The translations under genes and the position numbers were made by a program. A stretch of DNA of 64,000 nt from Octopus vulgaris (taxonomy: Eukaryota). Each line of letters opens with the position of its first letter. The stretch's first letter is position 1. Shown here piece by piece: positions 51,586 to 64,000 of this stretch. The notes under the pieces are model-generated. The model worked only from the letters and a program-made list of their open reading frames with translations. It was not told where the DNA came from and ran no database searches. The stretch is from contig OX597842.1 of the NCBI GenBank assembly GCA_951406725.2, positions 16,368,001 to 16,432,000 of the forward strand, written 5' to 3'.

Positions 51586-51657
51586 TGAGCGATCTTTTGG
51601 ATTCTCTCGCCAAACCGAATCCCACCTTTCACGACGGAGACGAGGACTTTGGGGACA
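51579..51657 (+). CDS. First coding exon (MALSDLLDSLAKPNPTFHDGDEDFGD), probably AATF/Bfr2
   Basis: Good start context and GTAAGT donor; L...L..L..P.P...D.E.D pattern resembles the AATF N-terminus; only 26 aa, and no second exon found in the window. Confidence 0.55.
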
Positions 51658-52158
51658 GTAAGTATTATACCTTTACAAACCACCATCTCTCTCTCTCTCT
51701 ATATATATATATATACGTTTATAAACCACTATCTCTCTCTATATATACATATATATATACATACAGCCGGAATTCTACCTTAAGCACGCCATATAACCCC
51801 CTCATAACTTTCTTATTCTTGGGAGTATTCAGAGAATTTTCGAAAAAATTAAGGAAAAAAAGCACTTTTTCTTTGATAATCGTGTGAATTTGAGTCTGCA
51901 GGACATAAATATGCAAAAGCTTTCTGAAAATACTGAAAACATAAAAGATACAAACGTGATGAGGGGTTTTAGGGCGTGCTTAGAGCACAATTCCGTCGTT
52001 TTATGAATTCCCTTTTGTAGAACAGAAACACGGAAAAGTTCACTGAAAATGCCACAAAATACAAAAATTATGGCGAGCTGAAAGCAGAATTCCACCTATA
52101 GTTGTTTGTCTGTACTCCACCTGCCTTCGTCTTTTGTTTATTTTCATAAAGCTTCCCG

Positions 52159-52204
<46 letters not shown>

Positions 52205-53124
52205 TTGTGTGAATTTTTTGCGTAATAAGATAAAAAAAAATAAGGCTGTATAGATTTTAGAACATTTATTGATAGAAGGTCTTACAGCTGTTTCTAGGAT
52301 ATTTATTAATTATATCCCTTCGTGGGAAACGGTGAGAGAGGATGGTTAAATAATAGTTAATTTAGATAGGATACAAAATAGAGAGTGAGGTGGAGGAAAG
52401 AAAAATAGATGTAAGATATGTATGGTTTTATATATATACACACACACACACATGCAGTTTTTTTTTAACAAACGAAAGCACATGTAAAGTGAATATTGTT
52501 ATCAAAATTAGTGGATGTCCCGAAATCTTTATTCGCTTAATATCATCAGCTGGTTTGACCCGGGTATAAAAACCAAAAAGAAAAACAGTGTAATAGGTGT
52601 AACACAACATGCTCTAAACGAATATGATGAAAAAAATGCGCGATCGCGAAAGAGGGTGGGGAGAGGACTCGGAAAATTCACATCGTGAATGTTCCGAAAG
52701 CGTTTGACAATGCCTGCATGGATTAGATTGAATTTGTTGAGACAGATTATTTACACCTGGATGCCCTTCATGTCACCAATTTGCATGGCTGAGAGTTTTG
52801 CTTTCCAGCCATGTAGTCTTGGGTTCCTCAGATGAGTGTGTTCTACAAAAGCACCAAGCCAGTCAAATATTTATAAACATTAATAAAAGAAAATGGAGAT
52901 TGGAAGGTTAATGAGTGTTTATTATTAACAGCAAATTAATCAAGGGTATATTTTTTCCATCTGAAGATATGGTCAGGTCATATAAATATAAATTTAATAA
53001 TTACTCAATATTTACCGAGTATTAATTGAAGTGAAGATAATTAATTTGCTGTTAATAATAAGCAGTTACTAAATTCCCAATCTCCATTTTCTTTTTCTTA
53101 TTTTATATGAATATAAACTATATA

Positions 53125-53537
53125 GGTGCAGGAGTGGCTGTGTGGTAAGTAGCTTGCTAACCAACCACTTGGTTCCGGGTTCAGTCCCACTGCGTGGCAT
53201 CTTGGGCAAGTGTCTTCTGCTATAGCCCCGGGCCGACCAATGCCTTGTGAGTGGATTTGGTAGACGGAAACTGAAAGAAGCCTGTCGTATATATGTATAT
53301 ATATATATGTGTGTGTGTATGTGTATGTTTGTGTGTCTTTGTTTGGCCCCCCACCATCGCTTGACAACCGATGCTGGTGTGTTTACGTCCCCGTCACTTA
53401 GCGGTTCGGCAAAAAGAGACCGATAGAATAAGTACTGGGCTTACAAAGAATAAGTGTTGGGGTTGAGTTGCTCGACTAAAGGTGGTGCTCCAGCATGGCC
53501 GCAGTCAAATGACTGAAACAAGTAAAAGAGTAAAGAG
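53125..53537 (+). mobile_element. Full-length tRNA-SINE copy (others at 45490-46105 +, 54330-54730 -, 55075-55445 -)
   Basis: Same family as 10379. Confidence 0.85.
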
Positions 53538-53549
53538 TATATATATATA

Positions 53550-54066
53550 CCGTAAATCCTCGAGTATAATCCGCATTTTTTTACCCCCCAAAATTTAAAG
53601 GTCAAAATCCCTACTGCGTACTATATACAAGGTTACAAATGAAAATTATTTTCTAATCAATGTCCTAGTCTCTATTTGCTGTCTGGCAATGTTTATTCAG
53701 ACGCATTTTGTGATGTCGGGAGCGAAAATACCTTAAGCTAAGCCTGAAAGCAATGAAGTCATAAAAGAATCATCCATAACTTGCAGTAAGCAACATTTAT
53801 TAAACGTCATTACTGTTATTTCTTTATTTTTATGCAAACAAAATGCACAAAAAAGCTACACATTTGCATTATGTTATATATACAATAATAATAAAGGATG
53901 TTACCGTATACATTTTTACAAACCAAGGACGTTATATAGACCTCCTTGACTCAAGTTAGAGAAGGGGTGCGTATTATACACAAGGTTTAGGTTTTTCAGA
54001 GGTACAGCCCCCTAAAAATCCCCTACATATTATACTCAAGGGCGGACTATACTCGAAGATTTATGG
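53550..54066. mobile_element. Tc2/pogo-like MITE
   Basis: TA|CCGTAAATCCTCGAGTATAATCCGC ... GCGGACTATACTCGAAGATTTATGG|TA. Confidence 0.8.
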
Positions 54067-54284
54067 TATTCCTCTCAGATTCACACACTTATTGCAGCAG
54101 ACCTTCAGTTTTTCTAAGCCCTGTGAAAGAACTCAGAAGGTTGGGTCCCGAAAAAAAAATTTACCATAATTTTTTGTTTTTTAATGTATTTTTTACTCGG
54201 TTTTATATAAGGGAAGTAACTCTCTAAGAATGCTTATATAGTTATTTCCCTTACAAACGCGAGCAATGCCGGGCGATACTGCTA

Positions 54285-54332
<48 letters not shown>

Positions 54333-56086
54333 TCTTTTACTCTTTTTACTCTTTTACTTGTTTCAGTCATTTGACTGCGGCCATGCTGGAGCACCGCCTT
54401 TAGTCGAGCAAATCGACCCCGGGACTTATTCTTTATAAGCCCAGTACTTATTCTATTGGTCTCTTTTGCCGAACCGCTAAGTTATGGGGACGTAAACACA
54501 CCAGCATCGGTTGTCAAGCAATGCTAGGGAGACAAACACAGACACACAGACATATACACACACACTTATATATATATACATATATACGACAGGCTTCTTT
54601 CAGTTTCCGTGTACCAAATCCACTCACAAGGCATTGGTCGGCCCGGGGCTATAGCAGAAGATACTTGCCCAAGATGCCACAAACATGTGGTTGGTTAGCA
54701 AGCTACTTACCACACAGCCACTCCTGCGCCTATATAACTGTAAAACATTATTTAAACATAAGACATTTGCAGGACTTCACTCATAAGGGGTTTAAGATGT
54801 TTGTAATAGTATTACCACGAGAACCAGATACAAAATCAAAAGTATAACCTTGAGGCATCCAATTCTTTGCTACTTGTCGTTCACAAAGGTTTTTTGAACA
54901 ATAGAGCATAAAGATCAGTGTTTCCTTCAAACTTCCATTTCAAATTTCAAAAGCTTATTCAAATGGGGAATATTTCAAAAGAAAAGGAAGATCAATTTAC
55001 CAGCTGATGATGGGAAATTAGTAACTCAGGGAAATGGAGCCTTTCAGTAATAATGCATGTGTGTGTGTGTGTGTTTTATCTTTTACTTGTTTCTGTCATT
55101 AGATTGTGGCCATGCTGGGGCACTGTTTTACTCTTTACTCTTTTACTTGTTCCATTCATTTGACTGCGGCCATGCTGGAGCACCACCTTTAGTCGAGCAA
55201 ATCGACCCTGGGACCTACTTTTGTAAGCCTAGTACTTATTCTATCGGTCTCTTTTGCTGAACCGCTAAGTTACAGGGACGTAAACACACCAGGATCTGTT
55301 GTCAAACGATGTTGTGGGGGAAGTAGGACAAACACACACAAGGGCTTCTTTCAGTTTCCATCCACCAAATCCACTCTCAAGGCTTTGGTTGGCCCGAGGC
55401 TATAGTAGAAACACTTGCCCAAGATGCCACCACGCAGTGGGACTGTTACTTATCTATACATAATTAAAGATCTTGTCTGTGTGTGTGTGTGTGTGTGCCT
55501 GTTCTGTTTTTATGTAGTTATGCTGCGGAATATAAATATAACAAAATTAGGCCAGCAATGTTTCCTTTGAAACTTGAAGTAAAAAGTCTTGGGTACTACT
55601 TACACCTATTACACTATTTTTTTTTTTATGACCGAGTCAAACGCTTTAGTTTAACCAAAAAGTCTTGGGTACTACTTACACCTATTACACTATTCTTTTT
55701 TTATGACCGGGTCAAACACTTTAGTTTAACCAAACCAACTGGGAAATACAAGCAAGAAAAGGAACTTAGTTTCTCTACATAAGCTGAAATATAAAATTAA
55801 AAAACTATATTTTTGAATATTTTACTGAAAATGTACTGAAATTTTTTTTAATTCCAAAAAGTTAAAAAAGGTTATTAGTTGTTTTCATAAATTGATAAAC
55901 AGACAGTCAATAGTTTAAAAATTTTTTAAATTCTCAGTCATTTTAGCCAAAAGATGTAGCAGAATCTTGAAAAGACACTGCTAAATGAAAGACAATGGTG
56001 ATGATATATAAAAAATATGGATATAAATTCTTTAAAATCCAACCATACCAATGCAGTCAGTGAAAGTCTTATTCAGATAAATAGAA

Positions 56087-56259
56087 TTACTTAAAAATAT
56101 ATATAAAAACCACAAACTGTAGCATTCTTATACTGAAATATTTGTAGCCGAAGAAAAGGAATCCAAAAAGGATTAAAGCGAGGAAGAGTGTGATAAGAAT
56201 GATTCTGCCAATCTCAAGTGTACTGTAGGGTCTTGATCCATCATCTTCAGTTTTTTTAT
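56087..56259 (-). CDS. Possible exon encoding a transmembrane helix (KKTEDDGSRPYSTLEIGRIILITLFLALILFGFLFFGYKYFS...)
   Basis: ttgcAG acceptor, phase 1; ~20-residue hydrophobic run followed by YKY; 3' boundary uncertain. Confidence 0.4.
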
Positions 56260-57269
56260 CTGCAATTGATGAACAATAAAATATACAGCTACATTTATAT
56301 ATTTGTTTTACAAGAATTTTGATGTGAAATCGTGTGTTGAAACAGATATTGTTGTATTTCGGAATGGTCATTTTGCCAGTTTAGCCAATAATGGCTTACC
56401 GTTAGTAAGGAGATACACAAATAAGAAAGAAGAAAGCAAAGGACCACTGATGAGGTCACAGGAGTGTGACGAAAGAACTCTTGCCGAAATAAGATTAAGA
56501 TTAATGTAAAAATTAAATAACACTGAAGCAAAGTAACACCAAATATATAGTGCGTGTGTTTTTATTGGCTAAACAGGCAAAATGACCATTCCTAAATACA
56601 AAAATATATAGCCTTTGTTTTTAATAAAAACTAGTAATATCTCCCAAGCTTGACCGTTTTCATATTAACCTATTAAAAAATACTTTCGTTTCTATTATAC
56701 AAATTCCAGTTTAAAGTGATCTAAAAGAAAAGTCCCCATGAAAATTTCCAGTAACACTATGTTGCACATATTAGCTTGGTAATGACAAGGTTATTTTACT
56801 AAAATCTTCATAATTTTCAAAATTTATTCATACGGTCGGTCGGAATCCCCTTCAGTCACAACACAGACCATGGGATTGAACCTAGAAAGTTACCTTCCAA
56901 GTCACAAGTCTGGGCAAGGTTGTTTGTGGAAGACCAGCAATCACCCATGCATATCGGCCTCCCCTCTCTACGCCACAGATGTTATCCAAGGGAAAGGTAA
57001 AGGGGCCGATACAGCTTGGCACCCGTGACGTTGCAACTCATTTCTACAGCTGAGTGAACTGGAGCAACATGAAATAATGTGTCTTGCTCAAGAACGCAAC
57101 ATGCAGCCCGGTCCGGGATTCGAGCTCACAACCTCACGATCATAAGCTCAATGCTCTAACCGCTGAACCATGTGCTTTCATACAAAACCAATGTATTTCA
57201 ACAGAAATATGGTAAGAAATAGGTTAACACACCGAGACGACTATATTTAAAAGATTAGCTAATCCCCTT

Positions 57270-59790
57270 CAGATCTGTCCATGATTTAGAAGGGTTATAT
57301 AGGATATGCAAAGGGGTTTGACTTTCTTCTTCTAGCACAGAAATGCAAGGTCAACAGATCAGTCTATGATTTAGAAGGGTTATATAGGATATGCAAAGGG
57401 GATTGACTTTCTTCTTCTAGCACAGAAATGCAAGGTCAACAGATCAGTCTATGATTTAGAAGGGTTATATAGGATATGCAAAGGGGTTTGACTTTCTTCT
57501 TCTAGCACAGAAATGCAAGGTCAACAGATCAGTCTATGATTTAGAAGGGTTATATAGGATATGCAAAGGGGATTGACTTTCTTATTCTAGCACAGAAATG
57601 CAAGGTCAACAGATCAGTCCATGATTTAGAAGGGTTATATAGGATATGCAAAGAGGATTGACTTTCTTCTTCTAGCACAGAAATGCAAGGTCAACAGATC
57701 AGTCTATGATTTAGAAGGGTTATATAGGATATGCAAAGGGGATTGACTTTCTTCTAGCACAGAAATGCAAGGTCAACAGATCAGTCCATGATTTAGAAGG
57801 GTTATATAGGATATGCAAAGAGGATTGACTTTCTTCTTCTAGCACAGAAATGCAAGGTCAACAGATCAGTCTATGATTTAGAAGGGTTATATAGGATATG
57901 CAAAGAGGATTGACTTTCTTCTTCTAGCACAGAAATGCAAGGTCAACAGATCAGTCTATGATTTAGAAGGGTTATATAGGATATGCAAAGAGGATTGACT
58001 TTCTTCTTCTAGCACAGAAATGCAAGGTCAACAGATCAGTCTATGATTTAGAAGGGTTATATAGGATATGCAAAGAGGATTGACTTTCTTCTTCTAGCAC
58101 AGAAATGCAAGGTCAACAGATCAGTCTATGATTTAGAAGGGTTATATAGGATATGCAAAGGGGATTGACTTTCTTCTTCTAGCACAGAAATGCAAGGTCA
58201 ACAGATCAGTCCATGATTTAGAAGGGTTATATAGGATATGCAAAGGGGATTGACTTTCTTCTAGCACAGAAATGCAAGGTCAACAGATCAGTCTATGATT
58301 TAGAAGGGTTATATAGGATATGCAAAGGGATTGACTTTCTTCTTCTAGCACAGAAATGCAAGGTCAACAGATCAGTCTATGATTTAGAAGGGTTATATAG
58401 GATATGCAAAGAGGATTGACTTTCTTCTTCTAGCACAGAAATGCAAGGTCAACAGATCAGTCTATGATTTAGAAGGGTTATATAGGATATGCAAAGAGGA
58501 TTGACTTTCTTCTTCTAGCACAGAAATGCAAGGTCAACAGATCAGTCTATGATTTAGAAGGGTTATATAGGATATGCAAAGAGGATTGACTTTCTTCTAG
58601 CACAGAAATGCAAGGTCAACAGATCAGTCCATGATTTAGAAGGGTTATATAGGATATGCAAAGGGGATTGACTTTCTTCTAGCACAGAAATGCAAGGTCA
58701 ACAGATCAGTCTATGATTTAGAAGGGTTATATAGGATATGCAAAGGGGATTGACTTTCTTCTAGCACAGAAATGCAAGGTCAACAGATCAGTCCATGATT
58801 TAGAAGGGTTATATAGGATATGCAAAGAGGATTGACTTTCTTCTTCTAGCACAGAAATGCAAGGTCAACAGATCAGTCTATGATTTAGAAGGGTTATATA
58901 GGATATGCAAAGAGGATTGATATCAACAGGATCAATGATTTAGAAGGGTTATATAGGATATGCAAAGAGGATTGACTTTCTTCTTCTAGCACAGAAATGC
59001 AAGGTCAACAGATCAGTCTATGATTTAGAAGGGTTATATAGGATATGCAAAGAGGATTGACTTTCTTCTTCTAGCACAGAAATGCAAGGTCAACAGATCA
59101 GTCCATGATTTAGAAGGGTTATATAGGATATGCAAAGGGGATTGACTTTCTTCTAGCAACGAAATGCAAGGTCAACAGATCAGTCTATGATTTAGAAGGG
59201 TTATATAGGATATGCAAAGGGGATTGACTTTCTTCTAGCACAGAAATGCAAGGTCAACAGATCAGTCTATGATTTAGAAGGGTTATATAGGATATGCAAA
59301 GGGGATTGACTTTCTTCTTCTAGCACAGAATTGCAAGGTCAACAGATCAGTCTATGATTTAGAAGGTTTATATAGGATATGCAAAGGGGATTGACTTTCT
59401 TCTAGCACAGAAATGCAAGGTCAACAGATCAATCTATGATTTAGAAGGGTTATATAGGATATGCAAAGGGGATTGACTTTCTTCTAGCACAGAAATGCAA
59501 GGTCAACAGATCAGTCTATGATTTAGAAGGGTTATATAGGATATGCAAAGGGGATTGACTTTCTTCTAGCACAGAAATGCAAGGTCAACAGATCAGTCTA
59601 TGATTTAGAAGGGTTATATAGGATATGCAAAGGGGATTGACTTTCTTCTTCTAGCACAGAATTGCAAGGTCAACAGATCAGTCTATGATTTAGAAGGTTT
59701 ATATAGGATATGCAAAGGGGATTGACTTTCTTATTCTAGCACAGAAATGCAAGGTCAACAGATCAGTCCATGATTTAGAACGGTTATATA
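57270..59790. repeat. Minisatellite, 85/82-bp unit, ~30 copies
   Basis: Unit atgatttagaagggttatataggatatgcaaag(a/g)ggattgactttctt(ctt)ctagcacagaaatgcaaggtcaacagatcagtc(t/c); starts at 57281, 57366, 57451, 57536 and onward. Confidence 0.97.
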
Positions 59791-60104
59791 GCAAAAGCAA
59801 ACACAGGGCTTCTGTCAATTTTTGCCATTAATAATATTTTTCTCTTCAAATTCAACCTTCATGATTAACTGGAAAATGTCACTCATTTCTATAACAATTA
59901 AATAGTATAACTGACAGATAATCCTAGGTAATGAAACAAACTAATCCATTCCTTGAACTATAAAAATATCCCACCAGGGATTATTATCAAAACTTATCAA
60001 TTCAAAACAGAAAAGAAAATCTAATACAGAAGCAAACCTTGAAATTGTCAAGTTACAAACTTTGAATTTGTGTAAATATTATGAAAATATTCGTGCAGCT
60101 GTTG

Positions 60105-60145
<41 letters not shown>

Positions 60146-60367
60146 TAGTTTTATTTTTATAGCGTGCTTTCACTTCACTACCAAGCGCAGCTCTGTGTGC
60201 CTTGGGTATGTGCTGTGATTTGTTGTGATGCTCTGATATTATTATTATTATTATTGTTATTATTATTAATATTTTACTATAATTGTTATTATTAATATTA
60301 TTATTATTGTTAATATTATTATTATTGTTGTTGTTGCTGTTTTTGTTATTATTGTTGTTGTTATTAA

Positions 60368-60422
<55 letters not shown>

Positions 60423-60452
60423 TTTGTTGTTATTATTATTGTTGTTATTATA

Positions 60453-60492
<40 letters not shown>

Positions 60493-60504
60493 TATTATTA
60501 TTAA

Positions 60505-60553
<49 letters not shown>

Positions 60554-60976
60554 AATTAGGAGGGCAGAGAGGTGGCTGAATTGTTAGCATGCCAGACAAA
60601 ATGCTTAGCAACATTTTGTCCATCTTTATATTCTGAGTTAAAAATCTGCCAAAGTCTACTCTACCTTTCATCCTGCCAGGGTCAATAGAATAATTATTAG
60701 TTGAGCACTGGGGTCGATATAATCAACTTATCTTCTCCCCGCTAAAATTGCTGGCTTTGTGCCAAAATTTGAAGCCATTTCAGAACCATTGGCATGCCAG
60801 GCAAAATGCTTGGAAGTATTTCAAGTCCCCCTACTATCAGGGGTTTTACTTTGACTTTGTTTCATTCATTGTATGACTTTTTACATGCTATAATCCACAC
60901 TGTACCCTCCCAAATGTTTTCCTTTGTGGTCGCCCTCAGTGGTTAATACAGAAATTATTATAAATCATTTCCTTAC

Positions 60977-61087
60977 TGTTTATCTTCAACTGAATATTTT
61001 CACCCTGAATGTTGGCATTAGGAAGTTCCAGAGACAAATGATCTTTCATTCTCACATTGTTGACATTTCCACTGTGGACAGCAATTC
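60977..61087 (-). CDS. Possible 111-nt phase 1-1 exon (GIAVHSGNVNNVRMKDHLSLELPNANIQGENIQLKIN)
   Basis: tttctttatttcAG acceptor, GTAAGG donor, open frame, phase-compatible with 56259. Confidence 0.35.
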
Positions 61088-61205
61088 CTGAAATAAAGAA
61101 ATCGGTTAAGAAGTTTTCTTCACAATCATATGGTTGTGGGTTCAGTCCCACTGCACGGCACCTTGGGAAAGTGTCTTCTACTACAGCCTCAGCTATATGT
61201 ATATG

Positions 61206-61245
<40 letters not shown>

Positions 61246-61504
61246 TGTATAAGTTCAGCAAAATTTAGATTCCAATGAATATGGTACTTAAGTTAGATGC
61301 ACCAGAATTTGGTATGGTGTTATCCATATAAATCCGTGGGTGGTTATAATCAAAATAATTAACAAGAATAACTTCGGTAATTTGGTACGATCGTTTCATG
61401 CTACATCATTTTATTAAATGTTGTAAATATTACAAGAGTTTTAAAATTAAATTAATACATAATTTTCATATTATATGAAAATTATGTATTAATGGAAAAC
61501 CTCT

Positions 61505-61599
61505 ATTAATGGCTGATGAGTGCTCAGCATATTTTAAAACTGTTCTAATACTTACAACATTTAATAAAATGATGTAGCGTGAAATGATCGTACAAAATT
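61505..61599 (+). ncRNA. Degenerate Penelope-type hammerhead in a fold-back repeat
   Basis: aaugg CUGAUGA gugcu...agcgu GAAAU GAUC GUA caaaauu; inverted partial copies at ~61380 and ~62500 read agcau GAAAC GAUC GUA ccaaauu. Confidence 0.5.
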
Positions 61600-61935
61600 A
61601 CCAAAGTTATTCTTGTTTCTTATTTTGATTATATATATATATATATATAATTTCAACAATTGAGGGTAAAATTAATTAATTATTAATTAATTTCACCAAG
61701 TATTCAGTATGTAAAGGGACCATTTAAGGCGAATTCAAAATATTACATTATTTAAAAGGGCTTAGTAAAATAAATTACGTTGCCACATACTGAACTCATT
61801 AGAAATAGCAGCTAAAAAATTTTTTTCAGCTATTTCTAATACTTAAAGAAAATCTCTCTCAGATAGTGTTTGCTCAAACCAACTCACGAAGGTATGGGGG
61901 TAAAAGCATTAAAAAAATCACAAGTGCAAAGGTTA

Positions 61936-61991
61936 TTTGAGAACGTACGTTTCTAGATTAGTCAAATCGACATTTCTTTCGTCAGCTCAGA
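61936..61991 (-). ncRNA. Minimal hammerhead ribozyme (GUU triplet) in a ~215-bp inverted repeat
   Basis: Reverse strand: ucugag CUGACGA aaga...ucua GAAAC GUAC GUU cucaaa; arms ~61750-61962 and ~62105-62325. Confidence 0.55.
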
Positions 61992-62321
61992 ACTCCTTGA
62001 TTCGGATTTGGGAACACTGAAAGTGGGAGCATACCCTTTTGGCTTCTTATCACCTCCTGAGATCCGCTCGAACTGACAGTGCTAACAAATTCAAAATATG
62101 CAAGCTAATCTAGAAACGTACGTTCTCAAATAACCTTTGCACTTGTGATTTTTTTAATGCTTTTTACCCCCATACCTTCGTGAGTTGGTTTGAGCAAACA
62201 CTATCTGAGAGAGATTTTCTTTAAGTATTAGAAATAGCTGAAAAAATTTTTTTAGCTGCTATTTCTAATGAGTTCAGTATGTGGCAAAGTAATTTATTTT
62301 ACTAAGCCCTTTTATATAATG

Positions 62322-62370
<49 letters not shown>

Positions 62371-62575
62371 AGTTCAGCAAAATTTAGATTCCAATGAATA
62401 TGGTACTTAAGTTAGATGCACCAGAATTTGGTATGGTGTTATCCATATAAATCCGTGGGTGGTTATAATCAAAATAATCAACAAGAATAACTTCAGTAAT
62501 TTGGTACGATCGTTTCATGCTACATCATTTTATTAAATGTTGTAAATATTACAAGAGTTATACATATATGTATAT

Positions 62576-64000
62576 CTGAAAGGCAGATCTGGTGAGATCG
62601 TCGAATTCACACTGAAAGGCAGATCTGGTGAGATCGTCGAATTCACACTGAAAGGCAGATCTGGTGAGATCGTCGAATTGCTTGAACGGAGGTGTGTAGA
62701 TATATGCTGTATTCAAGAGGTGAGGTGGAGAGGAGGTTCTGCTAGGTTCCTCACGGGTAAAGGACAGAGGTATAAAATTTTCTGGGCCGGGAATACTGAA
62801 GGAGTCGGGGGAGTGGGTATGCTTATTGCCGAAAAATGGGTAGATAAAGTCATCGAGGTAGTCAGAGTATGTGACAGAATATTGAAGATTAGATTAGTGC
62901 TCCATCATAGTTTAGCAACTATTATATCGGCCTATGCCCCTCAGCCAGGGTTACCCGATGGACAGAAAGACCGTTTCTATGACACCCTACTGCAGACCAC
63001 CTCATTGACGAACAACAGGGACCTTCTCTTTGTGGCTGGTGACTTCAATGGGCATGTTGGACGATATGCTGAGGGCTTCTATGGCGTGCATGGAGGCTAT
63101 GGTTATGGTTCTCGCAATGAGGAGGGAACCAGGCTGCTGGAGTTCTGTGATGCGAATAGTCTTATGGTTTGCAACACTAACTTCAGGAAACCAACAAGCC
63201 ACTTGGTCACCTACCATTCGGGCCAGCATACTAGCCAAATCGACTACATCCTTGCCAGAAAAAGGGAAAGATGGCTGCTTATGAATGCCAAAACCTTCCC
63301 AGGCGAAGAATGTACCCCACAACATAGAATGGTAGTCAGTGACTTTAGGATCAGGACTAAGAGGACAACTAGAAGACGACCAACATGGAGAAGAAGGGTC
63401 TGGAAGCTTAAAGACCCTGCTAACGGACAGAGATTTAGAGACATGTTATTGAAGCCTTCGACGAAATAGAAGGGGGCATAGCTACACATGGGGTAGAAGA
63501 TAACTGGGCGTTTCTAAGGGACAACCTGCTGAAAGCCACTGACCAGATCTGTGGCTGGTGCAAAGTCCCCACAAGACCCAATCCGTGGTGGTGGAACAAT
63601 ACTGTTGACAGGGCTATTAGACAAAAGAAACAGGCTTGGAAGGACTGGAAGAACGGTGGTAGCAGGGAAGTGTATCAGACTGCAAGAAGGGAAGCTAGGA
63701 GGCAGGTTTATTTAGCCAGAGGGGAAGCAGATAGGAAAAAATTTGCCAATGTCCTGTGCCGTGAGGATGAAAGACTTGAGGTATTTCGTATAGCAAGACA
63801 GTGTGTGAGAGAGAATCGTGACGTGGTAGGAGAAAAATGTGTTCGCACGGATGACGGCTCACTTGCGCTAAATGAGGATGCAAAGAGGGAGGTTTGGAGA
63901 AGCCACTATGAAAGGTTGCTGAATGAGGAAAATGAATGGGATAAAGAGAGTCTGCCGAATGTTGACCCAACTGAGGGACCAGCAATCCGAGTTGACAGTT
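62576..64000 (+). mobile_element. RTE (BovB-like) LINE, APE endonuclease region, frameshifted, runs off the window
   Basis: DICCIQEVRW, GVG, SAYAPQ, GDFNGHVG, SQIDYIL and QH.MVV motifs. Confidence 0.92.

Noticed and set aside
52884-53097. Inverted repeat with CTGAAGA and a small hairpin
   Set aside because: GAAA is replaced by TAAA and stems I and III are absent; at best a decayed PLE repeat.
55000-55050. CTGATGA...GAAA candidate hammerhead
   Set aside because: No convincing stem I or stem III pairing and no properly placed NUH triplet.
57270-59790. CRISPR-like or snoRNA/ribozyme array
   Set aside because: There are no unique spacers, no cas genes, no CUGANGA/GAAA core and no clean C/D boxes.
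62065-62130. + strand hammerhead in the right arm
   Set aside because: The core reads CUGACAG with no stem I partner; only the 3' half is duplicated.

Overview
AT-rich, repeat-dense animal genomic DNA. The SINE families, R4/Dong LINEs, RTE LINEs and microsatellite load point to an octopus (inference). Host genes: (1) the 3' end of a + strand death-domain gene built from duplicated mini-exon units (1495-8028); (2) a - strand gene of six alternating, very Arg-rich EGF/cbEGF exons, expanded by a ~3.87 kb tandem duplication (37610-28093, likely 3'UTR exon ~24049-23780); (3) the last exon of mitochondrial ribosomal protein S21 (46434-46611); (4) a probable AATF/Bfr2 first exon with a CpG-rich promoter (51579-51657); (5) two possible antisense exons, one encoding a transmembrane helix. 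The main hidden feature is a ~491-bp non-coding tandem array with an inverted partial copy (16263-19228). Every unit carries a type I hammerhead ribozyme and folds extensively with strand-specific G-U pairs, as expected of a retrozyme/Penelope-linked circular RNA system. Several unrelated hammerhead-bearing, Penelope-like inverted repeats lie elsewhere in the window next to (TA)n tracts. Most ORF-track entries are microsatellite or SINE artefacts. All calls are by-eye; no searches or folding programs were run.
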